Shown: positions 41,478 through 51,257, numbered from the stretch's first letter. The stretch is DNA of 64,000 bases from Hyphomonadaceae bacterium UBA1849 (GCA_002338565.1 DDIN01000006.1:110047-174046), one strand, 5' to 3'. Program-made: numbers and translations. The notes: generated by a model not told the origin, from the letters alone.

Positions 41478-42043
41478 GCTTGCGTCGAATAACGGTAGAT
41501 ACGGACTTTGGTATCTCCGTAGAGCCGCTCATCCAGCTGTTCCCAGTTGGCGATCTCCAGCTCTTCTTCCGCGTCGGTTTCAACGATAGCTACCGCGTCA
41601 GGCGTGATCCAATCACCATACTCGAGCTGTCTAAGCGCCGGCGCGACCAGCCCCTGATTGTATGGCGGGTCCAGAAAAACCAGATCGAACGGATCGCTAA
41701 GCCCCGCAGGCTTTTTACCGAGATCTGTAGCTGATCGTCTATGAATACGGGTAATACCGAAAAGCTGGAACTCCTCGATATTTTCACGAATGATCCCGCG
41801 CGCACCCGCCGCGATCTCAACGAAAAGACAGAAGGATGCGCCGCGCGAAATCGCTTCAAAGCCAAGCGCGCCAGAACCCGCAAACAAATCAATCACACGA
41901 GCCCCATCAAGGGACGGCATATCGTCATTGTGTTCAAGTAAATTGAAAACAGACTCACGAACGCGGTCTGTCGTCGGCCGGGTGGACTTTCCGTCAGGTG
42001 TTCTGATCGAGCGACCTTTAAGTTTACCAGCAACAATTCTCAT
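41474..42043 (-). CDS. rsmD: 16S rRNA m2G966 methyltransferase
   Basis: True start MRIVAGKLKGR; TRPTTDRVRESVFN, DLFAGSGALGFEAISRGA, FLDPPY. Confidence 0.96.
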   Translation of the reverse strand: MRIVAGKLKGRSIRTPDGKSTRPTTDRVRESVFNLLEHNDDMPSLDGARVIDLFAGSGALGFEAISRGASFCLFVEIAAGARGIIRENIEEFQLFGITRIHRRSATDLGKKPAGLSDPFDLVFLDPPYNQGLVAPALRQLEYGDWITPDAVAIVETDAEEELEIANWEQLDERLYGDTKVRIYRYSTQA

Positions 42044-42134
42044 TGAACTCAAATCTCTGTAGTACGAAACGAAGCTGTACCGCTTAAACACACAATCGAT
42101 AATGTCCATAGCCGCGATCAGGAGCACAGTCAGA

Positions 42135-42635
42135 ATGTCGGATAAATCGACCTATATGCGCAGGGCTCTGGAACTTGCAGAAGAAGCAGCGGATGCAGGA
42201 GAAGTCCCCGTGGGAGCCGTGCTGATCGATCCGGAAACCGGAAACATCGTTGCCGAAGGTCGAAATGGCCCAATCGAGCGTCATGACGCGACAGCACATG
42301 CAGAAATCGTGGCAATGCGGGCAGCTTCAATTATTCGCGAAAATTACCGCCTCATGGGGCTACACCTCTATACTACGCTGGAACCTTGTACGATGTGTGC
42401 TGGTGCTATTGCGAATGCACGGATTGAACGGATCATCTATGCGGCCGAAGACGTAAAAGGTGGTGCGGTAGCGAATGGCGTAAAGTTCTTCGAACAACCC
42501 ACTTGCCATTGGCATCCGGAAGTCGAACAAGGCCCGTTCGCCGAGGAATCATCCGCGCTTCTACAATCGTTTTTTCGCGCGCGCAGGAAATCAGGCAAAC
42601 CTCAAATGACCGGCGACGACAACCAGTCAGAATAA
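42135..42635 (+). CDS. tadA: tRNA adenosine deaminase / nucleoside deaminase
   Basis: GEVPVGAV, AHAEIVA, TLEPCTMCAGAI; start placed at MSDK. Confidence 0.9.
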   Translation: MSDKSTYMRRALELAEEAADAGEVPVGAVLIDPETGNIVAEGRNGPIERHDATAHAEIVAMRAASIIRENYRLMGLHLYTTLEPCTMCAGAIANARIERIIYAAEDVKGGAVANGVKFFEQPTCHWHPEVEQGPFAEESSALLQSFFRARRKSGKPQMTGDDNQSE

Positions 42636-43537
42636 GCCTCCCAACGAGCCCTGAGCCGATCCGCCGCTTCGTCCGGAGTTCTTTGAATAAAGCGAACCCT
42701 CGCACCGGGTTTGATCTGGCCCAATTGGAACCGGTCGTTGCTGATCACCTGAAGAACATGCGGATAGCCTCCAGTCGTTTGCGCATCCGCAAGCAGAATG
42801 AACGGCTTGCCTTCCGGCGGACATTGAACACTTCCGGGAAAGACCGGTGAACTTTGCTTCTCTGGAGCATTGCAGCCAACCGCACGGTCTCCGGAGAGCT
42901 CAACACCCATCCGGCTGGAGCGCTGCGTCGCCTTCAAGCCTTCATCGAAAAGTATCGTTTGCGCATCCTCATTCAGAAATTCGAACTCCGATGACGGACA
43001 CGCTTGCAAAAGAACATTGTCATTGAACAGAGGACGAAGTTCGCGCGGCGTTTCGACCTCCGCAACCGACCGTACATCTGATACCTCAATACGGTCTCCA
43101 GCTCTTAAAGCTCTGCCCTCATGTCCGCCAAATCCTCCCGGAAGGTAAGTGGACCTAGAGCCCAAAAATTCAGAGACGTTTAACCGCCCCGATACCGCCA
43201 GATAGGACCTGCAGCCATGTCTGGCCGGAGCAACATCCAGCTCGTCTCCCGCTGTTACCGGAACGGTTGCATGCATGGGCACTCCGGCACCATTCAGTGA
43301 CACACCCGCCTCAGCGCCGGTCACAGAGACCATCACCGCGGAATGGAAGCGAAAGCTTGCTCCCGTCAGAGTCAGTTCAAATGCAGGCTGTGTTGCGTCC
43401 GCTCCCACCAACCGGTTCGCGAGCGACATTGATAACGGATCAGCCGGCCCTGAACCCGGAACACCGAAATGTCGGTGACCTGCTCTGACGCCTGCCTGAA
43501 TTGTTGTCTGGAGCCCTGCGTTCAAAACTTCAATCAT
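42602..43537 (-). CDS. pxpC: 5-oxoprolinase subunit C
   Basis: GLQTTIQ, ANRLVG, GSRSTYL, SSRMGV, PGSVQCPPEG, DAQTTGGYP. Confidence 0.92.
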   Translation of the reverse strand: MIEVLNAGLQTTIQAGVRAGHRHFGVPGSGPADPLSMSLANRLVGADATQPAFELTLTGASFRFHSAVMVSVTGAEAGVSLNGAGVPMHATVPVTAGDELDVAPARHGCRSYLAVSGRLNVSEFLGSRSTYLPGGFGGHEGRALRAGDRIEVSDVRSVAEVETPRELRPLFNDNVLLQACPSSEFEFLNEDAQTILFDEGLKATQRSSRMGVELSGDRAVGCNAPEKQSSPVFPGSVQCPPEGKPFILLADAQTTGGYPHVLQVISNDRFQLGQIKPGARVRFIQRTPDEAADRLRARWEAYSDWLSSPVI

Positions 43538-44175
43538 ACGTCGCTCCGGCGCAAGACGCGCACTTTTTGCCCTGCAGACAGGAGAAACGGTTTTTCTCTT
43601 TCCGGATTAAACAAACGGTTCACGACACGACCGATCAAGGGCCATCCTCCAGGCCCTTCCAGTGCATAAGTACCGCATTTTCCAGCCGCGATGCCGAAAG
43701 AGCCCGCTGGGACACGTTTTCGAGGCTCCTTAAGGCGCGGTACTGTAAGCGCCTCTGGAAGACCGGATATGTAGGCAAAGCCCGGTGTGAACCCAACTAT
43801 ATCGACACAAAGCTCAGCGTCACAGATCGCGGAAATCAATTCCTGTTCCGTCAGTTTCAATTCGTCACAAACGGCCCTGAAATCTGGGCCATTTTCTCCG
43901 CCGAACTTTACCTCAAGACAAACCTCCGTAAGTTCGGCGTCGCTGCCAATTTCATTGACCGGCTTAGAAGACAATAAATGGCGTACAGCTTCGTCTGGTC
44001 GTAACCTTAAAGGGTCGAACTGGACAACGCTGTCTTCAATTCCATCGACGACCTCCAACCATTCGCCGCTAGCGCGGAGCTCGCGAGCCAGTGTTCGCAG
44101 CTCTGGTCTGGGAAGGCCGGCAACGCGGATAAGATCGTCGCCGATCATACTGATGTTGTCTTTAGTCAGAGCCAA
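43534..44175 (-). CDS. pxpB: 5-oxoprolinase subunit B
   Basis: FGGENGPDF, GFTPGFAY, PRKRVPAGS, GPGGWPLIGR. Start at TTG 44175 or ATG 44148. Confidence 0.9.
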   Translation of the reverse strand: MALTKDNISMIGDDLIRVAGLPRPELRTLARELRASGEWLEVVDGIEDSVVQFDPLRLRPDEAVRHLLSSKPVNEIGSDAELTEVCLEVKFGGENGPDFRAVCDELKLTEQELISAICDAELCVDIVGFTPGFAYISGLPEALTVPRLKEPRKRVPAGSFGIAAGKCGTYALEGPGGWPLIGRVVNRLFNPEREKPFLLSAGQKVRVLRRSDV

Positions 44176-44914
44176 TCGAAACTCCTGTCGCCTCAAGCGC
44201 TTCCCGAATTGCTTTGGCGGCTTCAAATGCGCCCGGCGTATCGCCGTGCAGACAAATCGTTTGAACGTCCAACTGGATATGTTCGCCTGAAAAGGCCGTC
44301 ACGTTTCCACTGACAAGCTCCAGCGCCTGCCTCGCTTGTTCATTCGCATTATAAAGCACCGCGCCATTTTTAGCGCGCGCTCTCAGACTTCCATCGTCTT
44401 CGTACGCTCTATCGGCAAAGCCTTCAGCGCAGAATTGAAGATTATGAACAATTGCAGCATTTCGCACTTTGCTGCCCGGTAGACCAACTATCGTTGAAAT
44501 ACCATGCTCTGCCGCGACGGCCGATATCACGGCAGCAAGGTCCTCGTCTTTCGCGGCATCATTATAAAGGGCGCCATGAGGTTTCAGGTGTGCGATCGAT
44601 ACTCCCTCATCCTCCGCTATTTTTATAAAAATCTGGACTTGCTGCCTCAGGCTCGCCCGCAACTCTTCAGGTAAAATGGCCATGGACACACGGCCGAAGT
44701 TTTCACGGTCAGGATAAGATGGATGCGCCCCAGCTTTAACGCCAAGCCGCTTAGCTAGCCTTAGAGTCTTTCGCATACTCTCTTCATCACCAGCATGACC
44801 GCCACACGCGATATTGCATGACGTAACCACGCTAAGGATGTCAGCATCCAGACTGCGGCCCGTATCGCCCTCAAGCTCTCCAATGTCTGCGTTGAGATCA
44901 ATTGTTTTCGTCAT
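44162..44914 (-). CDS. pxpA: 5-oxoprolinase subunit A (LamB/YcsF)
   Basis: IDLNADIGE, NIACGGHAGD, GAHPSYPDRENFGR, HLKPHGALYN, EGFADRAY, TICLHGDTPGA. Confidence 0.96.
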   Translation of the reverse strand: MTKTIDLNADIGELEGDTGRSLDADILSVVTSCNIACGGHAGDEESMRKTLRLAKRLGVKAGAHPSYPDRENFGRVSMAILPEELRASLRQQVQIFIKIAEDEGVSIAHLKPHGALYNDAAKDEDLAAVISAVAAEHGISTIVGLPGSKVRNAAIVHNLQFCAEGFADRAYEDDGSLRARAKNGAVLYNANEQARQALELVSGNVTAFSGEHIQLDVQTICLHGDTPGAFEAAKAIREALEATGVSIGSD

Positions 44915-46131
44915 GGCCAGAACCCGACGGCGCGCCCAATCCCGCGTATGCCCATTAGAAGGGTAATCAAAACAACACCCACGCCCAGGATGTTCGAAAG
45001 CAGCCCATTAACGCGGTCACCAAGCAGAGACTTTCTGTTCATCGCATAAAGTAAGCTTGCCGCAATGATCGGCAGAAGTAGCCCGTTTGCGATCTGCGCG
45101 ATAAAAATCACATCGGTCGGACGGATACCTGAAACAGCTAATCCTGTTCCGATCAGCAACGTGATGAGCGCCACACCCTTGAACACGCTTTCCTGAATGC
45201 GCGGGTCATCACTTTTAAAAAGCTCGGTCACCGCAAAGGCAGTAGCCATTGGTGCGGTAATCGCTGAACTCAGACCGGCTGCAAGTAAACCAACGCCAAC
45301 AAGCCAACGTGCAAACTGGCCATAAGTCGGCTCAATAGCTGCTGCCATATCCAGCGCGCTCGAAATCTCGCTTCCCGTTCCAAATAAGCTAGCTGCAGCA
45401 GTGGTCAGGACAAAGATCGATATCAATCCACCAAGCCCGACCGAAATCACTGTATCACTCTGTGCTTCGCTGACTGCAACATCACTAGTCTCAGTCCAGC
45501 GCTTGCGCGCAGAGGCCGCATGCAAAAACAAGTTATAAGGCACGATGGTCGTACCAATGAGCGCGATCGCGGTAAAAAGGCCATTTTCCGGGATCGTCGG
45601 AACCAACCCATTTATCATCGCGCCTAAATCAGGTTTCACCAGCACAGCGGCGATCAAAAACGCCAAAGCCATCAAGATCACGACGGATACCAGCGCCTTC
45701 TCGATCAGCTTATATCCGCCAAGCATTAGAAGCGCAGCCGCGAGCGCCGATAACGCAAGAACCACGGCTTTAAACTCGTCCTCGTTCAGATCACCCAATA
45801 GCGCTTCGGCGCCCAGCGCGCCGCCAGACAAATTACCGCCTTCATAAGCGGCATTCCCCAGCCCAAGTGCCGCAAGCACGAGTCCCGCGATCACGTAACG
45901 AACCGGTGTTTTACCCGCGCCCGCCATCAAGGCTTCTCCCAGCCCCAACCGCGCGCCCACACCAAGGCGTGCAGACATGGATTGCAAAATCATGGTGGCG
46001 AACGTCGCAAAAACGAGTGCCCAAAGCAGTGCGGATCCGAAATTTGCACCGGCGAGCGTGCAGGCAGTAACGGTTCCCGGCCCGATAAATGCTGCTGCAA
46101 CGAGAGCGCCTGGCCCGATGCTAAGTTTCAT
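44911..46131 (-). CDS. NRAMP-family transporter (YcsG-like)
   Basis: AAFIGPGTVT, GANFGSALLW, IGTTIVPYNLFLH, AAGLSSAITAP; about 11 TM; ATGA-coupled to pxpA. Confidence 0.9.
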   Translation of the reverse strand: MKLSIGPGALVAAAFIGPGTVTACTLAGANFGSALLWALVFATFATMILQSMSARLGVGARLGLGEALMAGAGKTPVRYVIAGLVLAALGLGNAAYEGGNLSGGALGAEALLGDLNEDEFKAVVLALSALAAALLMLGGYKLIEKALVSVVILMALAFLIAAVLVKPDLGAMINGLVPTIPENGLFTAIALIGTTIVPYNLFLHAASARKRWTETSDVAVSEAQSDTVISVGLGGLISIFVLTTAAASLFGTGSEISSALDMAAAIEPTYGQFARWLVGVGLLAAGLSSAITAPMATAFAVTELFKSDDPRIQESVFKGVALITLLIGTGLAVSGIRPTDVIFIAQIANGLLLPIIAASLLYAMNRKSLLGDRVNGLLSNILGVGVVLITLLMGIRGIGRAVGFWP

Positions 46132-46288
46132 TCAAACCTCTGATCATAAACGTCGCATACAGTGAACCGTCATCATGACCGCTACACATCCCCTGAACGA
46201 AGGAGGGACGTTCCACGGCTTGCATGTTTTACTGACTTCATTCCTAATCATTTGAGGGACGTGGCCTGAAAGGGTCAAGGGGGGAAGA

Positions 46289-47422
46289 ATGATCAAGCAC
46301 GTATCAGCAGCCATGTTTGCGACCGCAACACTCGCGGCCTGCACAACAACCACATCTACACCCGACATTGAAGCTCGCGCACCGCTCGCGGCATCAAGCA
46401 GAACGTTGGATATGTTCCGCGAAGGTCCGGATCAGGCCTGTTATGATCGTGCAACGCAGCCTTCAACTTTCGTTGTCGATACCCATAACCACTTCCGCCC
46501 GTTTGGAGGCCAGCCACGACCATACGAGGAGGTGCTCGCCTATCTCGAAGATAGCGGCGTGCTCTTCGCTAACATTTACGGCATTGGTCAGTCGCTGCCG
46601 TACACCAACAGTTGCACTTATTATCTTGATTGTCCCGGTGTTCCCGCAACCCCGTCCATCCAGAACGACATGGCTAATGCCGCCAACCTCGCTACGAACC
46701 GCCCGGATAACCTCGTGCTGACCCTATCGGCGACCTTCCCCGACCTCGCCAATCCAGAGAACGTGAATGACGTGCTGGATCTGTATGATGCCACTTATCC
46801 CGGACTGTTCCAGTGGATGGGCGAAGTGAACCTTGTGAAGCAGGCCCTGTTTGGCAATGGCCATGTTCCGGCTACTCCCGACAATATCGACGACTGGCGA
46901 GGCTTTATGGAGCGCCTTCGGCATTTCGATATGCCTATCGCAATCCACTCAGATCTCGGCTCTGATGATGACCCGACGGAATATCTCGCGCTGATGGATT
47001 ATGTGTTGCAACGCTATCCACACAACAAGATCATCTGGGTGCATATGGGCTTGTCACGCGAACTCACGACAATACCGGCCGACGAACATATTGCATTAAT
47101 GTCCGAGCGTCTGGACCGACATCCGAACCTGATGCTCGATATAACCTGGCGCGTGATTGCTGATAATTACTTCGACACGCCTGAAAATGTCTCGGCTTAC
47201 ACGGCCTTCTTCAATCAGTATTACGATCGCATCCTGACAGGAACGGACTTCGTTGCCAGCTTCAACAAAACCTTCAACGTTTACGCCGAAGAGGTTGAGG
47301 TAAATTCCATGATACTGTCAGAGCTGGATAACCGTGCGTTCCGCCATATTGCACTCGGACAAGCCTATTTTGATCTACTGGACCTGCCCTATCGCGCACC
47401 TGACATCTGCACTGCGAATTAA
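46289..47422 (+). CDS. Amidohydrolase-fold lipoprotein of unknown substrate
   Basis: Lipobox LAAC; VDTHNH, MGEVN, IAIHSD, WVHMG and TGTDF give a TIM-barrel metal-ligand set. Confidence 0.8.
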   Translation: MIKHVSAAMFATATLAACTTTTSTPDIEARAPLAASSRTLDMFREGPDQACYDRATQPSTFVVDTHNHFRPFGGQPRPYEEVLAYLEDSGVLFANIYGIGQSLPYTNSCTYYLDCPGVPATPSIQNDMANAANLATNRPDNLVLTLSATFPDLANPENVNDVLDLYDATYPGLFQWMGEVNLVKQALFGNGHVPATPDNIDDWRGFMERLRHFDMPIAIHSDLGSDDDPTEYLALMDYVLQRYPHNKIIWVHMGLSRELTTIPADEHIALMSERLDRHPNLMLDITWRVIADNYFDTPENVSAYTAFFNQYYDRILTGTDFVASFNKTFNVYAEEVEVNSMILSELDNRAFRHIALGQAYFDLLDLPYRAPDICTAN

Positions 47423-47438
47423 ATCGAACAACTCCACG

Positions 47439-47461
47439 AGGCGCCAAACGGCGCCTTTTTT
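47439..47461 (+). terminator. Rho-independent terminator
   Basis: AGGCGCC-AAAC-GGCGCCT followed by a T run, 16 nt after the stop codon. Confidence 0.85.
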
Positions 47462-47540
47462 ATGCGACGCACAGTCTCGCACTTGAACTCATCTGCGTTC
47501 ACCTCCAGCTTTCAAATCAAGAAGCACACAAGGATGTACA

Positions 47541-48293
47541 ATGCGCCTGCAACTTTCCACCTGGCCTGAAGTCGAAGCCTATCTTGAAAAATCGAAGGCA
47601 ATTCTGATACCCGTCGGCTCTACCGAGCAGCATGGTCCGACCGGCCTGATCGGCACAGACGCGCTCTGCCCGGAGATCATCGCCTTCGCTGCTGAGCAGA
47701 AAACAGACATGCTGATCGGGCCAACCTTCAATGTCGGCATTGCACAGCACCATCTCGGCTTTCCTGGAAGTATGACTTTACGACCTTCAACCATGATTGC
47801 TGCGATGAAGGATTGGACAGACTCCCTGATCCGGCACGGCTTCGAACGCATCTTCTGGTTCAACGGCCATGGCGGTAACACAGCAACGCTTCAGGCGGCT
47901 TTTGCCGAGCTCTATGCGGAACGTAGCTTCCAGCGCCCGGGCAGCAATTCACTTCCAGATCTACGCCTGAAGGCTAAGAACTGGTGGGAGATGCCTGGCG
48001 TAATGGACGAGTGCCGACGTCAGTTTCCGACCGGAGACGGCATGCATGCGACAGCATCAGAGGTCGCAGTCACCTATGCGGGCTACCCTGATCAGGTACG
48101 AAATGTGGAGATGTCTCCGAAGATCGCGCCGATTTCAGACTTCCGCGACGCGGACAATTACCGCGATAATTTTCCGGATGGCCGGATTGGTTCAGATCCA
48201 TCTCAGGCGACAGTGGAAAAAGGCGAGATTATCATTGAGGCAGCGGCCTCTTCTCTCGCCCGCGTCTTCCGAAGCTTTGCAGACGAAGCCTAG
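47541..48293 (+). CDS. Creatininase-family amidohydrolase
   Basis: PVGSTEQHGP..LIGTD, NGHGGN, HA..SE. Confidence 0.92.
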   Translation: MRLQLSTWPEVEAYLEKSKAILIPVGSTEQHGPTGLIGTDALCPEIIAFAAEQKTDMLIGPTFNVGIAQHHLGFPGSMTLRPSTMIAAMKDWTDSLIRHGFERIFWFNGHGGNTATLQAAFAELYAERSFQRPGSNSLPDLRLKAKNWWEMPGVMDECRRQFPTGDGMHATASEVAVTYAGYPDQVRNVEMSPKIAPISDFRDADNYRDNFPDGRIGSDPSQATVEKGEIIIEAAASSLARVFRSFADEA

Positions 48294-49639
48294 CTGTAGT
48301 GCATCAACACGTCATCAATGGCTCTCTCCAACTGCTTCAGGTTGGAGAGCATTGTGACGGTCGAACAGTGCGGGAAATAGCGTAGCATTTCGCTATCACC
48401 TGTTCCCCAAAGCGGACGCGCTTCCGGATTGAGCCAGACAATACGCTTCGTCTTGGCTGCCAGTTCCTCAAAGATATCAATGCGCGGGTCACCATGATTG
48501 GACCGCGCATCACCAAGAACGATAACGGTCGTACGTCGATCGATCTTGGACCAATGATCCACCTGAAGGTCTGATAGCGCCTGGCCGTAATCGGTGGAAC
48601 CCCAACCGATTTCCGCCAGAATCCGCTCCATAGCGCTTTCAAACCCGTCCAGTGACGTATCGAGATATGGTCCGACATCCTTGAGGCGGGCCGAGAAAGC
48701 GTAAGTGTGCAGGTCCGGCACGACATCGCGAACGCAATACAGGAACAGGAGCAAAAACCGAACAAACCGCGCAACTGAGCCAGAGACATCACAAATCAGA
48801 ACCAGCTTTGGCCGGTCTTTTTTTGTCTGCCTCCAATGGACATCAAACGGCACGCCGTCGCGACCTGCATTGGCCCTGAGCGTTTTGCGAATATCGAGCT
48901 GCCCGCGGTTCTTCTGGCGCTTGCGCCGCGAATGTTTGCTTACGAGGCGTTTGGCAAGTTTCTGAATGAGCGGCTTCATGCGCTCCATATCGGAGCGGTC
49001 CATCTCGTTGATGCGCTTATCGGCGAGAAAGTCTTCGCGGAACTGCTGCGTAGCGCCAGCACCAAAGACTTCAAATTGCTGTTTCGCAAACTCGATAGCC
49101 CGCGCCGTCATTATTTTGCGCGCGTCCATCATGCGTTCAGCTTCAGCATCGCCTTCAGGTGTGTGAGCCTGCAACTGCACCAGAAGCTCTGCTTCCATCT
49201 CGCGGACGCCCATCTCTTTGAGCATTTGCTGAGCATAATACGAGGTCTGGGTAGAGAAGCGTATATCCTGAAGACCTGATGCCTGCCCTGCACGCTCCAG
49301 CGCCATCTCAATGGCTGCTTCATCAGAACTTTCAGCGATATCCATGAAGTTCTGCGGTTCGCCAGAATCTTCGTCAGTATCCTGCTCTGCAGTCGTTGCT
49401 TCTTCGCTTTGCGCTTTCTTCTTTCTTTGAAAGAACAGTTCGAAGAGCCTGTCATAAGTATCTTTTTCGGCTTCGGACTTTGCCAGAACCGAGCGAAGCG
49501 CCGTTTTCAGAAACTCCCGGTCTTCGTATCCGACAAGATCAACAGCTTTTACCGCATCCAGCGTTTCAGCCGTTGAAACCTTCACATCAGCCGAGCGCAG
49601 CGCCCTCACAAAATCCGTGATGGTGCGTTCTGCGCTCAT
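48290..49639 (-). CDS. CoxE-type vWA domain protein
   Basis: FVRALRSADVKVS N-terminus, GQLDIRKTLR, CDVSGS (MIDAS), GSTDYG, VLGDARSN, WLNPE. Confidence 0.93.
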   Translation of the reverse strand: MSAERTITDFVRALRSADVKVSTAETLDAVKAVDLVGYEDREFLKTALRSVLAKSEAEKDTYDRLFELFFQRKKKAQSEEATTAEQDTDEDSGEPQNFMDIAESSDEAAIEMALERAGQASGLQDIRFSTQTSYYAQQMLKEMGVREMEAELLVQLQAHTPEGDAEAERMMDARKIMTARAIEFAKQQFEVFGAGATQQFREDFLADKRINEMDRSDMERMKPLIQKLAKRLVSKHSRRKRQKNRGQLDIRKTLRANAGRDGVPFDVHWRQTKKDRPKLVLICDVSGSVARFVRFLLLFLYCVRDVVPDLHTYAFSARLKDVGPYLDTSLDGFESAMERILAEIGWGSTDYGQALSDLQVDHWSKIDRRTTVIVLGDARSNHGDPRIDIFEELAAKTKRIVWLNPEARPLWGTGDSEMLRYFPHCSTVTMLSNLKQLERAIDDVLMHYS

Positions 49640-50637
49640 GACAGGCTGGGATATCCACTCGGAAGACGTTTGGATTCAGATGCAGAAGCCGCGTTACGCG
49701 CCATAGAGCCGACCGCATTGGAAGTAGCTTCAATGTCGCTTTCGTATTTCAGAAGCACATTGAGTGTCTTACGGACCATCGCCTCATCAAGGGAATCTGC
49801 ATGCATAAGCAGGAGCGTTCGCGCCCAGTCGACAGTCTCTGAAATCGAAGGTCGCTTTCGAAGGTCCTTAGTCCGGAGATCCTGAACGAACGACACCAGC
49901 TGCGTCAGGAGACTATCGGAAACATCCGGCACGCGCGCTCGCACAATTTCGCGTTCACGTGCTGCATCGGGAAAGCCGATATAGAGGTGCAGACAGCGGC
50001 GTTTAAGTGCATCCCCGAGGTCTCTTACATTGTTCGACGTAAGAATAACGATAGGCGGCACGTTGGCTTTAATCGTGCCTATCTCCGGCACCGTCACCTG
50101 ATAGTCCGAGAGCACTTCCAACAGAAAAGCCTCGAACACTTCATCCGACTTATCGATTTCATCAATGAGGAGCACAGAGCCACTTGTTTGTTCCATAGCC
50201 CGAAGTAGCGGACGAGGCTCAAGAAAGTCGTGCGAGAAGAACAGGTCTTCAAACGTCGCCAAACGACCTGTCAAATCTGCAATCGTGCCGGCATCGCCAA
50301 CGACGTCATTGAGGCGGTCTTTAAGAATCTGAGTGTAGAGAAGTTGCTTGCCGTATTTCCACTCGTAGAGAGACTTGCTTTCATCAAGGCCTTCATAACA
50401 TTGAAGGCGCTCAAGCGGCACATCTAGATATCGAGAAAGAGACTGCGCGAGGTCTGTTTTCCCCACGCCAGCCGGACCTTCGATCAGGATGGGCTTCCTG
50501 AGGTGGACGGCGAGATAGATCGCCGTCGATATTTCTTCACTGGAAATATAGCCAACTGAAAGCAGGCCTTCGGAAACCGCGGCGACGGAAGAGAGAGCCG
50601 AATACGTCTCCGCGATGAGGTCTTTATCTATCGTCAT
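49636..50637 (-). CDS. MoxR-family AAA+ ATPase (CoxD-type)
   Basis: EGPAGVGKT (Walker A), RLQCYEGLD, LLIDEIDK (Walker B), TSN, ALKRRC, KRPSISETVDW. Confidence 0.95.
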   Translation of the reverse strand: MTIDKDLIAETYSALSSVAAVSEGLLSVGYISSEEISTAIYLAVHLRKPILIEGPAGVGKTDLAQSLSRYLDVPLERLQCYEGLDESKSLYEWKYGKQLLYTQILKDRLNDVVGDAGTIADLTGRLATFEDLFFSHDFLEPRPLLRAMEQTSGSVLLIDEIDKSDEVFEAFLLEVLSDYQVTVPEIGTIKANVPPIVILTSNNVRDLGDALKRRCLHLYIGFPDAAREREIVRARVPDVSDSLLTQLVSFVQDLRTKDLRKRPSISETVDWARTLLLMHADSLDEAMVRKTLNVLLKYESDIEATSNAVGSMARNAASASESKRLPSGYPSLS

Positions 50638-50703
50638 ATCCCATGCCTATGGCGTGAAAATCGATAGAGCAAGCTATTTCCACTCGGTCATGAGAGGGAT
50701 TTT

Positions 50704-51243
50704 TCAGGTCTTCTTTTCGTCCTCAACCGCTTCCGTTACGTCAGCTTCGGCCGGTTTCTCTACATCTTCGGCTGGTAAGGTTGATGCATCAGTTTCATCC
50801 GTTGTTTCAGTCTCTTCCGACGCGTCCTCGGTGCTATCAGGTTTGGATTCTGCTGTTGTGCTCTCGGCCTTCGTGGCGAAGCTCGGAAAACCGCCTGCGA
50901 ACAGACTGATCGCACCTGATATAGCGATGTAAAAGAAGAGTATGATCGAGCCGTACAACAAAAGCGTCGGCAGTGAGGCGAGATCAAAAAGTAGTGGCAA
51001 TCCGAATCTCAGTGCGAGAATCGCCGCCACAACAACGTGCCCAATATCGAGCAGACGATTTTCGACCTTTGCGATAAATCGCTGATAAGACGCCAGCAGC
51101 AAGCTTGCGATTGCCAGTATTATCGTAAGAATATCGAGTGGCTGGAGTTTGAACTGATATCCGATCATGATCATCCCGACGATGAATGCGATCGTTGCTA
51201 CAAAAATCAGTCCGGTTTTCCGGGATCCGGATTTTTCCGACAT
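50704..51243 (-). CDS. Four-TM membrane protein with acidic low-complexity C-terminal tail
   Basis: Four hydrophobic segments then a roughly 55-residue E/D/T/A/S-rich tail; 14 nt downstream of the preceding gene. Confidence 0.8.
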   Translation of the reverse strand: MSEKSGSRKTGLIFVATIAFIVGMIMIGYQFKLQPLDILTIILAIASLLLASYQRFIAKVENRLLDIGHVVVAAILALRFGLPLLFDLASLPTLLLYGSIILFFYIAISGAISLFAGGFPSFATKAESTTAESKPDSTEDASEETETTDETDASTLPAEDVEKPAEADVTEAVEDEKKT

Positions 51244-51257
51244 AAGCTTCCCTCTCT

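Noticed and set aside
42602-42635. 34-nt convergent overlap of tadA and pxpC
   Set aside because: Short tail-to-tail overlaps are common and the overlapping tadA tail is non-conserved.
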